A stretch of DNA of 64,000 nt from Octopus bimaculoides (Eukaryota). A program made the position numbers and the translations under genes. The stretch spans positions 73,166,981 through 73,230,980 of the forward strand of contig NC_068989.1 of NCBI RefSeq assembly GCF_001194135.2. The letters are read 5' to 3'. This document shows positions 24,763 through 38,077 of this stretch, one piece after another (positions within the stretch are counted from its first letter, which is position 1; the number at the start of each line of letters is the position of its first letter). The notes under the pieces are model-generated. The model was not told the DNA's origin and did not search any database. It saw only the letters and a program-made list of their open reading frames with translations.

Positions 24763-27700
24763 CTGAAAAAAAAAAAAGACGAAAAAAAATATGTTAACCA
24801 TATAATAACAAAAATAAGAGACATCAATACAAAGAAAACAAACAAAAAGAAAATTTAGTAAACATGGACAAGGCACAAAGATAAAATGTTTGCTTCAACT
24901 GAGCCAGAATAAGATAAAAGTGAATGGATTGATGTTACTTAGTAGCCATGTCCAGCTCATGCCAGAATGGAAAAGAGGTGATGAGCTAATGAGGCAAACA
25001 GCTGAACCAGTAGTGAAGCCCTTATGCTGTTGCTCAACCTGCTAGAAATAGCAACCAAAACTTCCTCAAATCACAATGTATTGTTTTAAGAAAGGAAGGG
25101 GTGTATTTGACAATGCAGTTCAAGACAGTGTAAAGTATGAGATGGCGATGACAAAATTTTTTTTAATATTTGGAGGGAAAAAAAAAAAAAAAAAAAAAAA
25201 TTCTCATAATTTCAAAACAATGTTTGAACCTTGAGAAATGACAAAGAATATTTCAGAAATAGCAAAACTAATTTTAATATTTTAATTCATCTCAATACCC
25301 TGTAAAAAAAAAACTGTTTCCACATCTGGATAGAAAACCCATCACACATTCATTCAAGGAAAAGTTACTAATCAAAAAGTAAGAAAAGTAAATTGTCTTT
25401 TAGTTTAACATTCAACAGCTGCTCAACTCATCCACTCTCAAGTCAAGCTATATTCCCTCTATACCACTTCTTTTGCCACTATTGCAGTGTCTGCTCTTGT
25501 GTTTGCTGACCAAACTGCTCCGTCTACCCTTCTACTTGTTTGCATCACTAACACACTGCACCATTCTTTCTCCTTGTCATTATTATTTCTTGTGTGACTT
25601 TTTATTTTCTTCACCCCTACGATTGCATTGTTCTGGGAATCCTTTCATGCCCATGTTAATCATACAACTGACTAAGCTGAAGTAATTCAAAGCATCACTA
25701 ACTTCACACAACACTAAACCCCAACAACTGGGACAAATAAATCTATAGACACTGACCATTTCCTCAGACTGTTACACTGTTTAAGTAAAACAAAAAACAA
25801 AATGAAAAAGAAAAGAAAACTATCAAACAAACAAAAATCTAATTAGTGTAAAACATTTTCTTTTCTTTCTTTTTTTTTTTGATTACAGAAGGGAAATAGC
25901 CCTACCTAATATGCAGAAAAGGTGCAGGTACAAATTATAATCTGCACTGTAAGCTAAATGCAAACTGAGAGCACAAAAGAGATACAGGCAGATCACAGGT
26001 AAAGAACTTTATATGCACAGGTATGGTTAGCTCTAAGAGTACCCATAGAATACATTCTTTCAAATATCCGTGAGGCTCTCTAGATGGAACTGGCAGCTTT
26101 TGTTTCGTAAGTGACCTAATCAGTGGTAGAAGTTTTTCATAAACACAGTAACCAGATCTAGAACAGGTTAGAAATAGTTCAGGGGGCTATTACTTCCGCA
26201 GGCAGCAAAGTGGGTCTCAGTCTAAGGAAAAGACAGATAGCCTGATTCTTGCATATCATCATCATCATCATCGTTTAACGTCCGCTTTCCATGCTAGCAT
26301 GGGTTGGACGATTTGACTGAGGACTGGTGAAACCAGATGGCTACAACAGGCTCCAATCTGATTTGGCACAGTTTCTACAGCTGGATGCCCTTCCTAACGC
26401 CAACCACTCCGAGAGTGTAGTGGGTGCTTTTACGTGCCACCAGGACGAAGGCCAGTCAGGCGGTACTGGCAATGGCCACGCTCAAAATGGTGTATTTTAC
26501 ATGCCACCCGCACCAGAGCCAGTCCAGGGGCAATGGCAATGATCTCACATAGTGTGATATTGCATGGTAATGAAATATGTACCTCATGGTACAATGAGAT
26601 AAGGGTATTGAATCTGAAGGATGTGCTGATGCTGGAAAGAACTGAAGAAAGCAAGCTCCACAGTGCATGAAGAACAGCGCACAGATGAGGTGAGAGAAAA
26701 ACTGGGCATAAGATGAATCAGATGTAATGTGAAAATAAGAAGACTGAAGAAGTATTTAAACTATTCCCAAGAAACTGATTCTCACAAAGGGGATGACAAA
26801 TGGCTGCAACAAGTGAGGAGATAAGGTACTGGAGAAAATCCAAGAAAATCTGTTCATCTCATACAAGCATGGGTAAAATGGACCTATAAGGATGATCCCT
26901 TACAGTCACAAATCANNNNNNNNNNNNNNNNNNNNNNNNNNNNNNNNNNNNNNNNNNNNNNNNNNNNNNNNNNNNNNNNNNNNNNNNNNNNNNNNNNNNN
27001 NNNNNNNNNNNNNNNNNNNNNNNNNNNNNNNNNNNNNNNNNNNNNNNNNNNNNNNNNNNNNNNNNNNNNNNNNNNNNNNNNNNNNNNNNNNNNNNNNNNN
27101 NNNNNNNNNNNNNNNNNNNNNNNNNNNNNNNNNNNNNNNNNNNNNNNNNNNNNNNNNNNNNNNNNNNNNNNNNNNNNNNNNNNNNNNNNNNNNNNNNNNN
27201 NNNNNNNNNNNNNNNNNNNNNNNNNNNNNNNNNNNNNNNNNNNNNNNNNNNNNNNNNNNNNNNNNNNNNNNNNNNNNNNNNNNNNNNNNNNNNNNNNNNN
27301 NNNNNNNNNNNNNNNNNNNNNNNNNNNNNNNNNNNNNNNNNNNNNNNNNNNNNNNNNNNNNNNNNNNNNNNNNNNNNNNNNNNNNNNNNNNNNNNNNNNN
27401 NNNNNNNNNNNNNNNNNNNNNNNNNNNNNNNNNNNNNNNNNNNNNNNNNNNNNNNNNNNNNNNNNNNNNNNNNNNNNNNNNNNNNNNNNNNNNNNNNNNN
27501 NNNNNNNNNNNNNNNNNNNNNNNNNNNNNNNNNNNNNNNNNNNNNNNNNNNNNNNNNNNNNNNNNNNNNNNNNNNNNNNNNNNNNNNNNNNNNNNNNNNN
27601 NNNNNNNNNNNNNNNNNNNNNNNNNNNNNNNNNNNNNNNNNNNNNNNNNNNNNNNNNNNNNNNNNNNNNNNNNNNNNNNNNNNNNNNNNNNNNNNNNNNN

Positions 27701-30700
27701 NNNNNNNNNNNNNNNNNNNNNNNNNNNNNNNNNNNNNNNNNNNNNNNNNNNNCACTGGCAACGATCTCGCTCGAAAATCCTACGGGAGCCAGTCAGGCGG
27801 TACTGGCAACGGCCACGCTCAAAATGGTGCATCTCATGTGCCACCCGCACAAGAACCAGTCCAGGGGCACTGGCAACGATCTTACTTGGCTTGCCGGGTC
27901 TTCTCACGCACAGCACATTTCCAAAGGTCTTGGTCAGTAGTCATCGCCTCGGTGAGGCCCAATGTACGAAGGTCTTGCCTCACCACCTCAGCCCAGGTCT
28001 TCCTGGGCCTACCTCTTCCACGGGTTCCCTCAACTGTTAGGGTGTGGCACTTTTTCACGCAATCCACTCACAAGGCTTTAGTTGGCCAGAGGTTATAGAA
28101 GACACTTGCTGAAGGTGCTACACAGTGGAACTGAACCCCAAACCATGTGGTTGAAAAGCAAGCTTCTTATCACACAGCTACGACCGTTTAATTTAAGATG
28201 AGTCTAATCACAGGATGACCTTTGTCTGCATGGTGGTGATCAAAACATGTTAACCTAATGCAGATCCATTCTCTCTTAAAACAATTTACTAAAGTTGAAT
28301 TCACAGTCATGAAGCCTATGTCATTTAGGTGGTGAATGGTGCAACATTGTGTGTGTTGGCACTCCGTCGCTTACGACGTCGAGGGTTCCAGTTGATCCGA
28401 TCAACGGAACAGCCTGCTCGTGAAGTTAACGTGCAAGTGGCCGAGCACTCCACAGACACATGTAGCCTTAACGTAGTTCTCGGGGATATTCAGCGTGACA
28501 CAGTGTGACAAGGCTGGCCCTTTGAACTACAGGTAGAACAGAAACAGGAAGTAAGAGTGAGAGAAAGTTGTGGTGAGAGAGTACGGCAGGGTTCACCACC
28601 ATCCCCTGCTGGAGCCTCGTGGAGCTTTTTGGTGTTTTTGCTCAATAAACACTCACAACGCCTGGTCTGGGAATCGAAACCGCGATCCTATGACCACGAG
28701 TCCACTGCCCTAACCACTGGGCTATTGCGCCTCAACGGTGCAACATTAATGCCTTTTAGAAAGGCATTAATGATCTGTATGAAGTGGTTACATGTAGAGG
28801 GTCAAAACTATACCGCAAACCCACAGACCCAACAAATCTATGGTACTTACACATCAGCAAACATAATGCAAAGCCTGTGAATCTATAAAGTACAAGCATA
28901 ACAGGACTATTGAATCAACAATAGTTTAGAACTAGTATTTATTTCACAAACCTTTTGAGGAATGAAACAAAATCAGTCCTTATCAGATCTGAATTTAGAC
29001 TACAGGAAGAGAGTAGAACTAATAAGTGAAAGACATTCAGTTCAGCAGTGTACTGTCTCTTTGCTTGCTGGCACCATTTTTCTCAAACACAATAATGTTT
29101 ATAGAAGAATCTTACATGAGCTATAAAAGCATTTATATAAAACAAAACAGCTGTCTAAATATCTGAGTGAGATGGGTCATAATTATCAAAATATTTCTCA
29201 AACTGTTTAACTTAATTTTAAAAAATATTTATACTAACATTGTTTCAATCAGTTTGATTCCTAGTCATCACCAGTTGTCTTATTAATGGATATTTACATA
29301 ATACCAGACTGGATTCAAAGCAGGAACCATATGAATAAGACATGGTTTCCTGTTCATCTAGGGGAGAAGTAACTCTGGATAAGAACCAACTTGATGTGTC
29401 AACCCATCCAACCCATGCCAGCATGGGAAGCAGACTGAAACTCAATATAACTTTCAATCTTACTAACATAGTATCTCAGAGACGATATTAGATCGGTTTC
29501 CTGTTGCTTTCTTAAGGAAATCAGGAAGCCAGAAGTTTCTATGAGAGTATACACATGTTGTTGCCTTTCCCAAAATAACATGAAATGATGTGGAACAGGA
29601 ATGCAAAAGCTGCAGTTAGGAGGGAAAAACTGAATGCAAAATCAACTAACAAAGGGCTCAACTTTTACACTGCACCACTACGTACTCCTGAAGTAAATTA
29701 ATGCATACAAAAACAAATTGTACTATGCTACTCACCAGAATTTAAATTCTGGTAATCTGCGCATAAAAGGCCGGAATTCTTCATTAACTTTTGTTGGTAA
29801 TGATGGTCCATCTTCAGCTAAAAAAAACAAAATTTTTTTTTTAAATGATCAAATTTTGGTAAAATGAATGGTTAAAACATTAAAAGACCTAAAACAGTGA
29901 AAAAAAATATAACACAAAAACCCAGTAAGATAATGACATCTAAGGAATGTAACAGAAAACCAAAAAACATTTAAGGTCAGATCTGGGCCTAGCATAAATG
30001 CAGAGTCAATTCAATAAAAGAAAGACTGTTTTCCTGGTTTGACTTTAGTTAGTAACTAATTTCTCTCTCTAAATTATTGTTAGTGTCAAAAGCAGTGAGC
30101 TGACAGAATCATTAACACGCTGAGCAAAATATTGGCAGTATTTTGTCTGTCTTTACATTCTGAGTTCAAATTCCGCCGAGGTCAACTTTACCTTTCATCC
30201 TTTCGGGGGTTGATGAAGTACCAGTTATGTATTGGAGTCAATCTAATCGACTGGCTCCCTCCCACCAAATTTTAGGCCTTGTGCCTACAGTAGAAAGGAT
30301 ATTACTGTTAATGTCACTCAAGTCAACTTGGTTAACACAAACTTAGAACACAGAGGCAGCCAACTGAATAAATGAGATATAGTCAAGAGGTGATGCACTT
30401 AAGAAATGCCATATTTTCAATTTATTCTAGGATTATGCTGCAAGTTCTTCCATAGAGTGGCAGGCCATTAACGGACCGTGCTGTCAGTGAGTTGAGTCAT
30501 GTTGCATCTACTTTGCCAGTGAAAGAAAAAGACATATATCTTAAATATTGAGTTCTTTCTCGGCTGTTATCGTGTCCACTGACATGATACCAGCCAATAA
30601 CGTAGAGTGCAATAACAAACAATGCTATATGGCAACTTCAGTAGCATAAATATAATGTTGCACAATAGAATTCTCCTAATTTGAAGGTACAAGAAGAATA

Positions 30701-33700
30701 TTATGAGGTGTAATAAAAAAAATAATGTTTGAGTAATAAGTGTAGGCATAGGGATGGCTGTGTTGTAAGAAGATTACTGTCCAAACCATGTGGTTGGGAA
30801 GTAAACTAGGTTCAGTTCCACTGCATGGCAACTTGGGCTAGTGTCCAGGCCAACCAAAGCCTAGTGAGTAGATCTTGTAAGTAGAAACTAAGAGATGCCA
30901 ATCACACACACATGCACACACATACAAAGTATATTAAATACAAGAGATACAGAAAATGTACATATGTGTGAATAGAAAAAGGTTTGACTTATACAGAGTA
31001 ACATCTCAAACATATCTCTTCTCTGAAGACGGAGGCAAGTCTCATCCTACAAAGGAATCAATCTACAAATATTATCATGGACCACCGAGCCCACATAGCA
31101 GAACTGGTACTTTAAAACTGTTGACCTCAGAAGGATGAAACACTTCAGTAGTACCCAAAATGATTTGACATCAGAGAGCCATCTGCTGCTTGTTCATCTC
31201 ATATTTTCTTCATAGTCTTTTTGAGCTGATCTTTATAACATCAGAGAGGGTTTCTGCATGGTCTTTTGCCAGTGTTGAGTTTACTATATACACCTACCAT
31301 ATACAAACTATCTGAGCCAATTGTCTGACGGTGGTGAAATCAATGCTGTTGGTTCAAGCTTTCTCAGATCTGCTATTTTGGTGAATGTGGTCCTCCCATT
31401 TAATATTCAAGTACTCAAGAAGACCCGCCCACCACAACAGAATTGAGATCCCAGAACCCAAGTGCCATGTAAAAAGCACAGATGCTGATGCCACATGAAA
31501 AGCACCCAATACACTCTGTAAAGTGGCTGGTGTTAGGAAAGGTATCCAGCTGTAGAAACCAAACCAAAACAAACTATGGAACCTAGTTTGACCCCATGGC
31601 CTTGCCAGTTCCTGTCAAGCTGTCCAACCCATGCCAGCATGGAAAACAGACATTAAATGATGATGATGAAGGCTTCTGCTGGCGAGAGCACTCAAGTTTC
31701 TTGATGTCTTCCTGATACAGTGGTTTGCATCTGTAGAGTAAGGTCAAAACAATGACAACTTGATACGCTATGTTTGATTGGGTGTTTAAAGTTTAGTTTC
31801 TGAAAACCATGTTAGACAATCCTTCCAAAAACAACATGGCAAGCACAAATCCTGTTTTTCACATCCTACTCAGAGTTGCATTGCACTGAAAAGAAAAGAA
31901 ACAAAGAAATACCCAGAAATGAGGAATAGCCACCACCTTCAACTTATCCTGAAAATAGCAGTCAAACTCCCCTGAAATCATAACCTACTGTCTTTAAAAG
32001 GAAGAACATAAAGGATCACTATTTATGGGAAGGGATGGAAAAAAGATGTGATAGTCATGATTGGAAATGTCTTTGATTGTGGGTGTGCTTAATCAGGGCT
32101 GACCTGGGGCTAAACTATAACAGTCACTTACCTGTGTCATCTATGGCAGGGTCTATTTTGGGTGTAAGGAATGCAATGAACAAATTCAGAAGATAAATTC
32201 CTAATGCATATGTCACAATGTACCAGCCCTAGAAATTAATAAATACCAAAATGAAATTATAAACAAAAAAAAAAACATAAATAACAGATATTCAGAGACA
32301 TACATACAACGAAATTGGCCCAAAATAAACCATTTCATTAATATTTATGTAACAACTTAGCATAATAGTCCACCAACAGTGAAATGTTATGATATGCAAA
32401 TACTTCTAAAAGGTAGGGAGAAGGGAAGGGAGGAAGAGAAAGAAAGAGAGAAAGGAGGTAAGAGAAAAAGAAAGGAAGGAAGGAAGGTGGATACTGAATT
32501 CACAAATACAATTAATCTTGAAAATAATTTGGGTTGATTTCTTATACCTGCTGGAAAACTACTCAGTATTGAAGCAAAATATAAATACATTATCACTTTT
32601 GAAGATGCACAATCTCCTTCTCTTTGAACATGTTGGTAATAGTGTGAGAGTGTAAGAACGTGCATGGGTCTGCCTACCGCCATCTGGGAAAGGCAACGCC
32701 TTGAACTTACATCAACTGTTTGTTTACCTCCAACCACATATGGAATTGATGGTGGTGATGATAATTTGTACAGCAGGAATATATACTGAGCACTTTTAAC
32801 AATTTTTGCTAGCACTGACAAGATGAATTAACAAGATTATATAAGGTTTCAACCAGCAATTCTGTAATTCTGGGTTAACTGCTGAAACCATCGTTTAACG
32901 TCTGTTTTCCATGCTAGCATGGGCTGAAAGCATAACATATATACAAGACTTATTGGGGCAAGCAAAAGTGAAATTGTGATGGCACCTGTGCCCAGCATCG
33001 CCTTTCTGGCACTTGTGCCCGCGGTATGTGTAAGGACTTTCGAGCAAGATTGTTGCCAGTGCCCCTGGACTGGATCTTGTGCGGGTGGCACGTAAAATAC
33101 ACCATTTTGAGTGTGGCCGTTGCCAGTACCGCCTGACTAGCCTTCGTGTGGGTGACACGTAAAAGCACCCACTACACTCTCTGAGTGGTTGACGTTAGGA
33201 AGGGCATTCAGCTGTAGAAACTCTGCCAAATCAGATTGGAGCCTGGTGTAGCCATCTGGTTTCACCAGTCTTCAGTCAAATAATCCAAACCCATGCTAGC
33301 ATGGAAAGCTGACGTTAAACGATGATGACGACGATGACTACACCTGAGCAAAATGATAAGGACAATTATTGGACGCCATTGTATTGTACCATAGGTATCA
33401 TCCACTCCTCCTAAATTGAGGACCAGGCACTGCAATAGCCTAGCATTCAAAGGCCCACAGCTCAATGCCCTGCCTCAAAAATTAAGAAATACACATTATG
33501 CGGGCATAAATATCTTCAAAAAGGAACTAGATATCCTCCTCTCTACAATACTGGACGAACCAATGCACGAGGTACAGATGACAGCAGTAGAATCAAACTC
33601 CCTCATACACCAAATGGGCCAACACCAAATGGGCATACAGGAGTGGTGATGTGAAACCACCCCCAGCCAGAGGGAATCAGCAAAACCAGTGGTGCTCCAG

Positions 33701-34071
33701 CATGACAAACGAATAAAAGAATACGTATACACACACACAAGTTTATATATTTGGTCTGCAAGATTCTTGATGTGAACATGTGTTAAAACAGATAGTTATA
33801 CTTGGGGTTGACTTTTTCTTTTGTCAATTGAATATGTACACTATTTATTCGGTCTTTGCTTTAGTTTTTATTTGTATTATTTTTAGTTTATATGTGTCAA
33901 AATTCTTTTGTCACACATTCTATGACCTCCCTTGGTGACTGACAAAAGAACTTTGATAGGCGTATAATCTAAAAATATGAATAAAAACTGAAGTGAAAAC
34001 TGAATTGTGCACGCTTAATTGGTACAAAAAAAAAAAAAAAAAAAANNNNNNNNNNNNNNNNNNNNNNNNNN

Positions 34072-34130
<59 letters not shown>

Positions 34131-37100
34131 TTGTGTATGATCATCATTGACATTTAATGTCCATTTTCCAAGCTGGCATGGGTAGAAATCGCATGTGCGA
34201 GTGTGTGTATGCAAACACGCAAATAAAAGAGAGAAGAAAGAAATAGAGAAATTTACCTGTAATAGATAAACCCGAATACAGTAGAAGAGAGCTAGAAGTA
34301 ACGCTACAACCCATCGAACTGTGACATGTGGAGTTGCTCGATCTAGCAAACTTTGGTGAATCTGAAATAAATATAAATCAGATATATATGACAAATTTAT
34401 GCAGTATATATGTGGTTTTGGATACACAAAGGAGGAGGAAAAGTGCTCAATACATAAAATGACAGATTTTATTCATTCACTGTCACAATCAAGCAAGAAA
34501 GAATAACGACAGAGTGAACCATCAACTTTGAATGAATGAATAATTACTTACACACACACACACACAAAAACAGATATAACAATGAGCTTTCTTATTTGAT
34601 AACAAAACTATTTTATTTCATCTAAAACAATTGTAACTAAAAAATAAATAAATAAAAAGGCACTGAATCATATAAACAAGTAATGAGAGGATATTACAGA
34701 TAGTGATCAATAAAATTACTCTAAATTACAGCAAAAGATAAAAATGGACGCATTTCAGCTAGAGAATATGGAAGAAAGATAATATACACTAAAAGACAAA
34801 TTAAACATGAAGAATATAGAGGAATCTCAATGCAAACCAGAAAAGAAACCCCAGCAGAAAATCAACTAAACAGATCATTTAACCATATATTTTCCATTTA
34901 TCAGAAAACTCTTACATCAAGGATGGTCTTTTTCATAATGTGATTCAGAACAAAGTGCTCAGGTACCCAACTCCTTCAATTGAAATTTCAAGAAGTATAT
35001 ATTTTAATGAGTGATATGTGCTAAATGTCAACAGTCTTTCAAGCCCTCATTAATAATCTGAACCAATCATTCAGACAACTTACACATAATTCTGACCCCT
35101 GTTTAAAACAGTAACAAAATTTTTTTTTTATACATTACAAGGCCCATCTATGTTCTCAATATATGTAATTTGCACTGCCTGACTGGCCTTCGTGTGGGTG
35201 ACACATAAAAGCACCCACTACACTCTCTGAGTGGGTGGCGTTAGGAAGGGCATCCAGCTGTAGAAATTCTGCCAAATCAGATTGGAGCCTGGTGTTGCCA
35301 TCCGGTTTCACCAGTCCTCAGTCAAATCGTCCAACCCATGCTAGCATGGAAAGCGGACGTTAAACGATGATAATACAAATATAATTTTCCAAGCTATTAA
35401 CATGGGGTTCAGCCTCAATTTGTGCCCCATTGGGTAAGTTTCTTCTGCAATGGACCTGAAATGGTCAAAGCCTTGAGTGGATTTGTTAGACAGAAACTGA
35501 AAACGCCTATTGTTTATGTCTATGCATGTGTCTACTTGTTTTCACATTGATAGTTGCAGGTGAAGATCGGTTCCTTCAAAATTTGCTTTCTACTAGAAAT
35601 AACTGCAAAATCTACCTTTGTGGCACACTATAATCTTAAGAAAATGAAAGATGCAATAAATAATGCGATCCTAGATATAGTGTCTTTAAAAAGATGGGTG
35701 GTCACAGCTAGAATACTAAGCGATACTTAGCTAGCATTCCTTATTAGCCCCCTCTTCAAGAGGACTTGGAAGCTAAACAACTCTAGATAACACCTCTTTT
35801 TCTTGTGCATGTTAGTGTATAGAGGCAGGGGGGAGGGTCCTATTATTTTTGTTTTGTTTTATTATTTATTTAATTCATAACATACTTTATGTAAAACAAA
35901 TCTTTCTACTATGAAGTGGAAGTTATGGCTTTTTTTTCCCAGTTTTTCAAATATGACAACCGTTCCACAAATATGCACTAAACTGATTTCTGGTTTTAAA
36001 AAATAAAAAATAAAACATGGTGAGTTAGCAGAATCGTTGGAGCATTGAAAGAAATACCATGAAGAATTTTTTCCAGGTCTTTAGATTCTGAGTTCAAATC
36101 CTTAGGTCACAAGAAATATATGACACTGCTTGTATGACAGTGACACTCATTTACAACTATTATGTGATGTCAAGACAAGAAGCCACTAATACGCGTGACA
36201 CAATATATATGAATGTATGTATGTACAACGGTCCTCTTTCAGTGTCTGCCTACCAAATCCATGTTTCAGGCTTTGATTGGCCTGGTGTTGTAATAGAATA
36301 CCCCACTTGGGGTTGATCAAATGCTGAACTGTAACCCAGAAGTGAAATTCTGAATTGTAAACCACCTTGTGAAGGTGCATGGCTCAGTGGTCAGAGCACT
36401 GGGCTAACAATCATGAGGTAGTGAGTTTGATTCCTGGACTGGGTTGTGTGTTGTGTTCTTGAGCAAGACACTTTATTTCACGTTTTTCAGTTCACTTAGC
36501 TGTAGAAATGGATTGTGATGTCACTGGTGCCAAGCTGTATTGGCCTTTGCATTTCCTTTGAACAACATCTGTGGTGTGGAGAGGGGAGACTGGTATGCAG
36601 GGGCAACTGCTGGTCTTGCATAACTTTGTTAGACTTGTGCCTCACAGGGGAACTTTCTAGGTGCAATTCATGACTGAAGGGGCTTTTTACCCATAACCCA
36701 GCAGTAACAGCCCATGGATCAACCCTCTTAATACAGAGATACCTGGTGTCTTTCTCTGCAGCTTCATTCAGAGAGAGTAAGAGAGAGACAAAAACAGACA
36801 GGGTTTAAATGAATGGAGAAAAATGGAGATAGGTAGAATGAATAGAATCGATGGAGAGGTAGAAAGAACTTGAAAGAAAAAGAAGAGTAATAGAGAAAAG
36901 AAGTGTAAAAAGGAAAAAAAATTGAAGAAAAGAAGAGATGATAAATGGTAAATCATGGTGGTGATGACAATGTTCATAAAAGGACATCAGAGAATAGGAG
37001 TAAAAAGAGAGATAAAGCCAACTCGAAGTCAGAATGAGAGAGGAGGTGAGAGAGAGAGAGAGAGGATTCTAAAACAGTGAAGAGTGAGGGTCTGAGTAAG

Positions 37101-38037
37101 AGTGGGAGTTTAAGTAAAGCACCCTCTCCTTTGTACATTTGTTTTAAGTATTTTCCAAGTCTATCTAAGCAAATAGTGGCATGGTTAGATGAAAGTATTA
37201 AAATAAGTTTGCTACACAAAAAAAATTGTGTGCGTGTGTATAAATCTATGTCAGTATGTGTGCATATATAAATACACACACACATACAGATGCACACTCA
37301 CACACATATATTTGTTCCAAAGCAAAATTTCCACAGATTTTGCTAGTATTGCAATACAATTCAAAGCTGTATTTGTTTCAAGGTAAACTGTTAAATGACT
37401 TCTTTAACAATTGTTTCTAAATTAGGTTCAAGGTTAACAATTTTAAAAAGAAGAGATTAATCCATTTATTAACCCCAGTACTTGGTTGATACTTTATTTT
37501 ATCAACCACTGACCTTGGTACGGTTTGAAATCAAAAAACAAATACCACAAGGCATTTTGTCCAATGTTCTGATGATTCTGCCAGTGTACTACCCTCATAA
37601 TAATAATTCTTTCTACTTTTGGTACAAGGCCAGTAATTTTGAGGAGAGGGGAAAGCTGATTATACCAACCTCAGTATATGACCGGTATTTTATTATATCG
37701 ACCCTGAATGGATGAATGGCAAAGTTGACCTTAATAGTATTTGAACTCAAAATGTAAAGAGCTGGAAGAAATACTATAAGGCATTTTCCTGGTACTGACA
37801 ATTCTGTTACCTTACTACCATCATAATAATCCTTTCTACTGCAGGAAACACTGAAATTTAATGGGGAGGGGGACAGTTGATCACATCAACACCTATACTC
37901 AACTGGTACATATTCCATCAACCCTGAAAGGGTGAAAGGCAACGTCAACCTTGGGAGAATTTGAACTCAGAACACGAAGACAGATGAAATGCTGTTAAGC
38001 ATTTTGTCCAGTGTGCTAATGATTCTGCCAGCTTGCC

Positions 38038-38077
<40 letters not shown>

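Noticed and set aside
26892-28040. Long ORFs (up to 382 aa) across N-runs; likewise at 17095-17760, 43022-43949, 49542-50138, 56556-57113 and 62879-63289
   Set aside because: Open only because N codons contain no stops
28660-28733. tRNA-like sequence with A and B boxes
   Set aside because: It is the head of a dispersed SINE and lacks a complete acceptor stem; no true tRNA gene was found in the window
30567-30749. Hydrophobic ORF containing a GWYH-like stretch inside the RER1 locus
   Set aside because: The true GWYIVTY exon is at 32132-32228; this region has no compatible splice sites or homology
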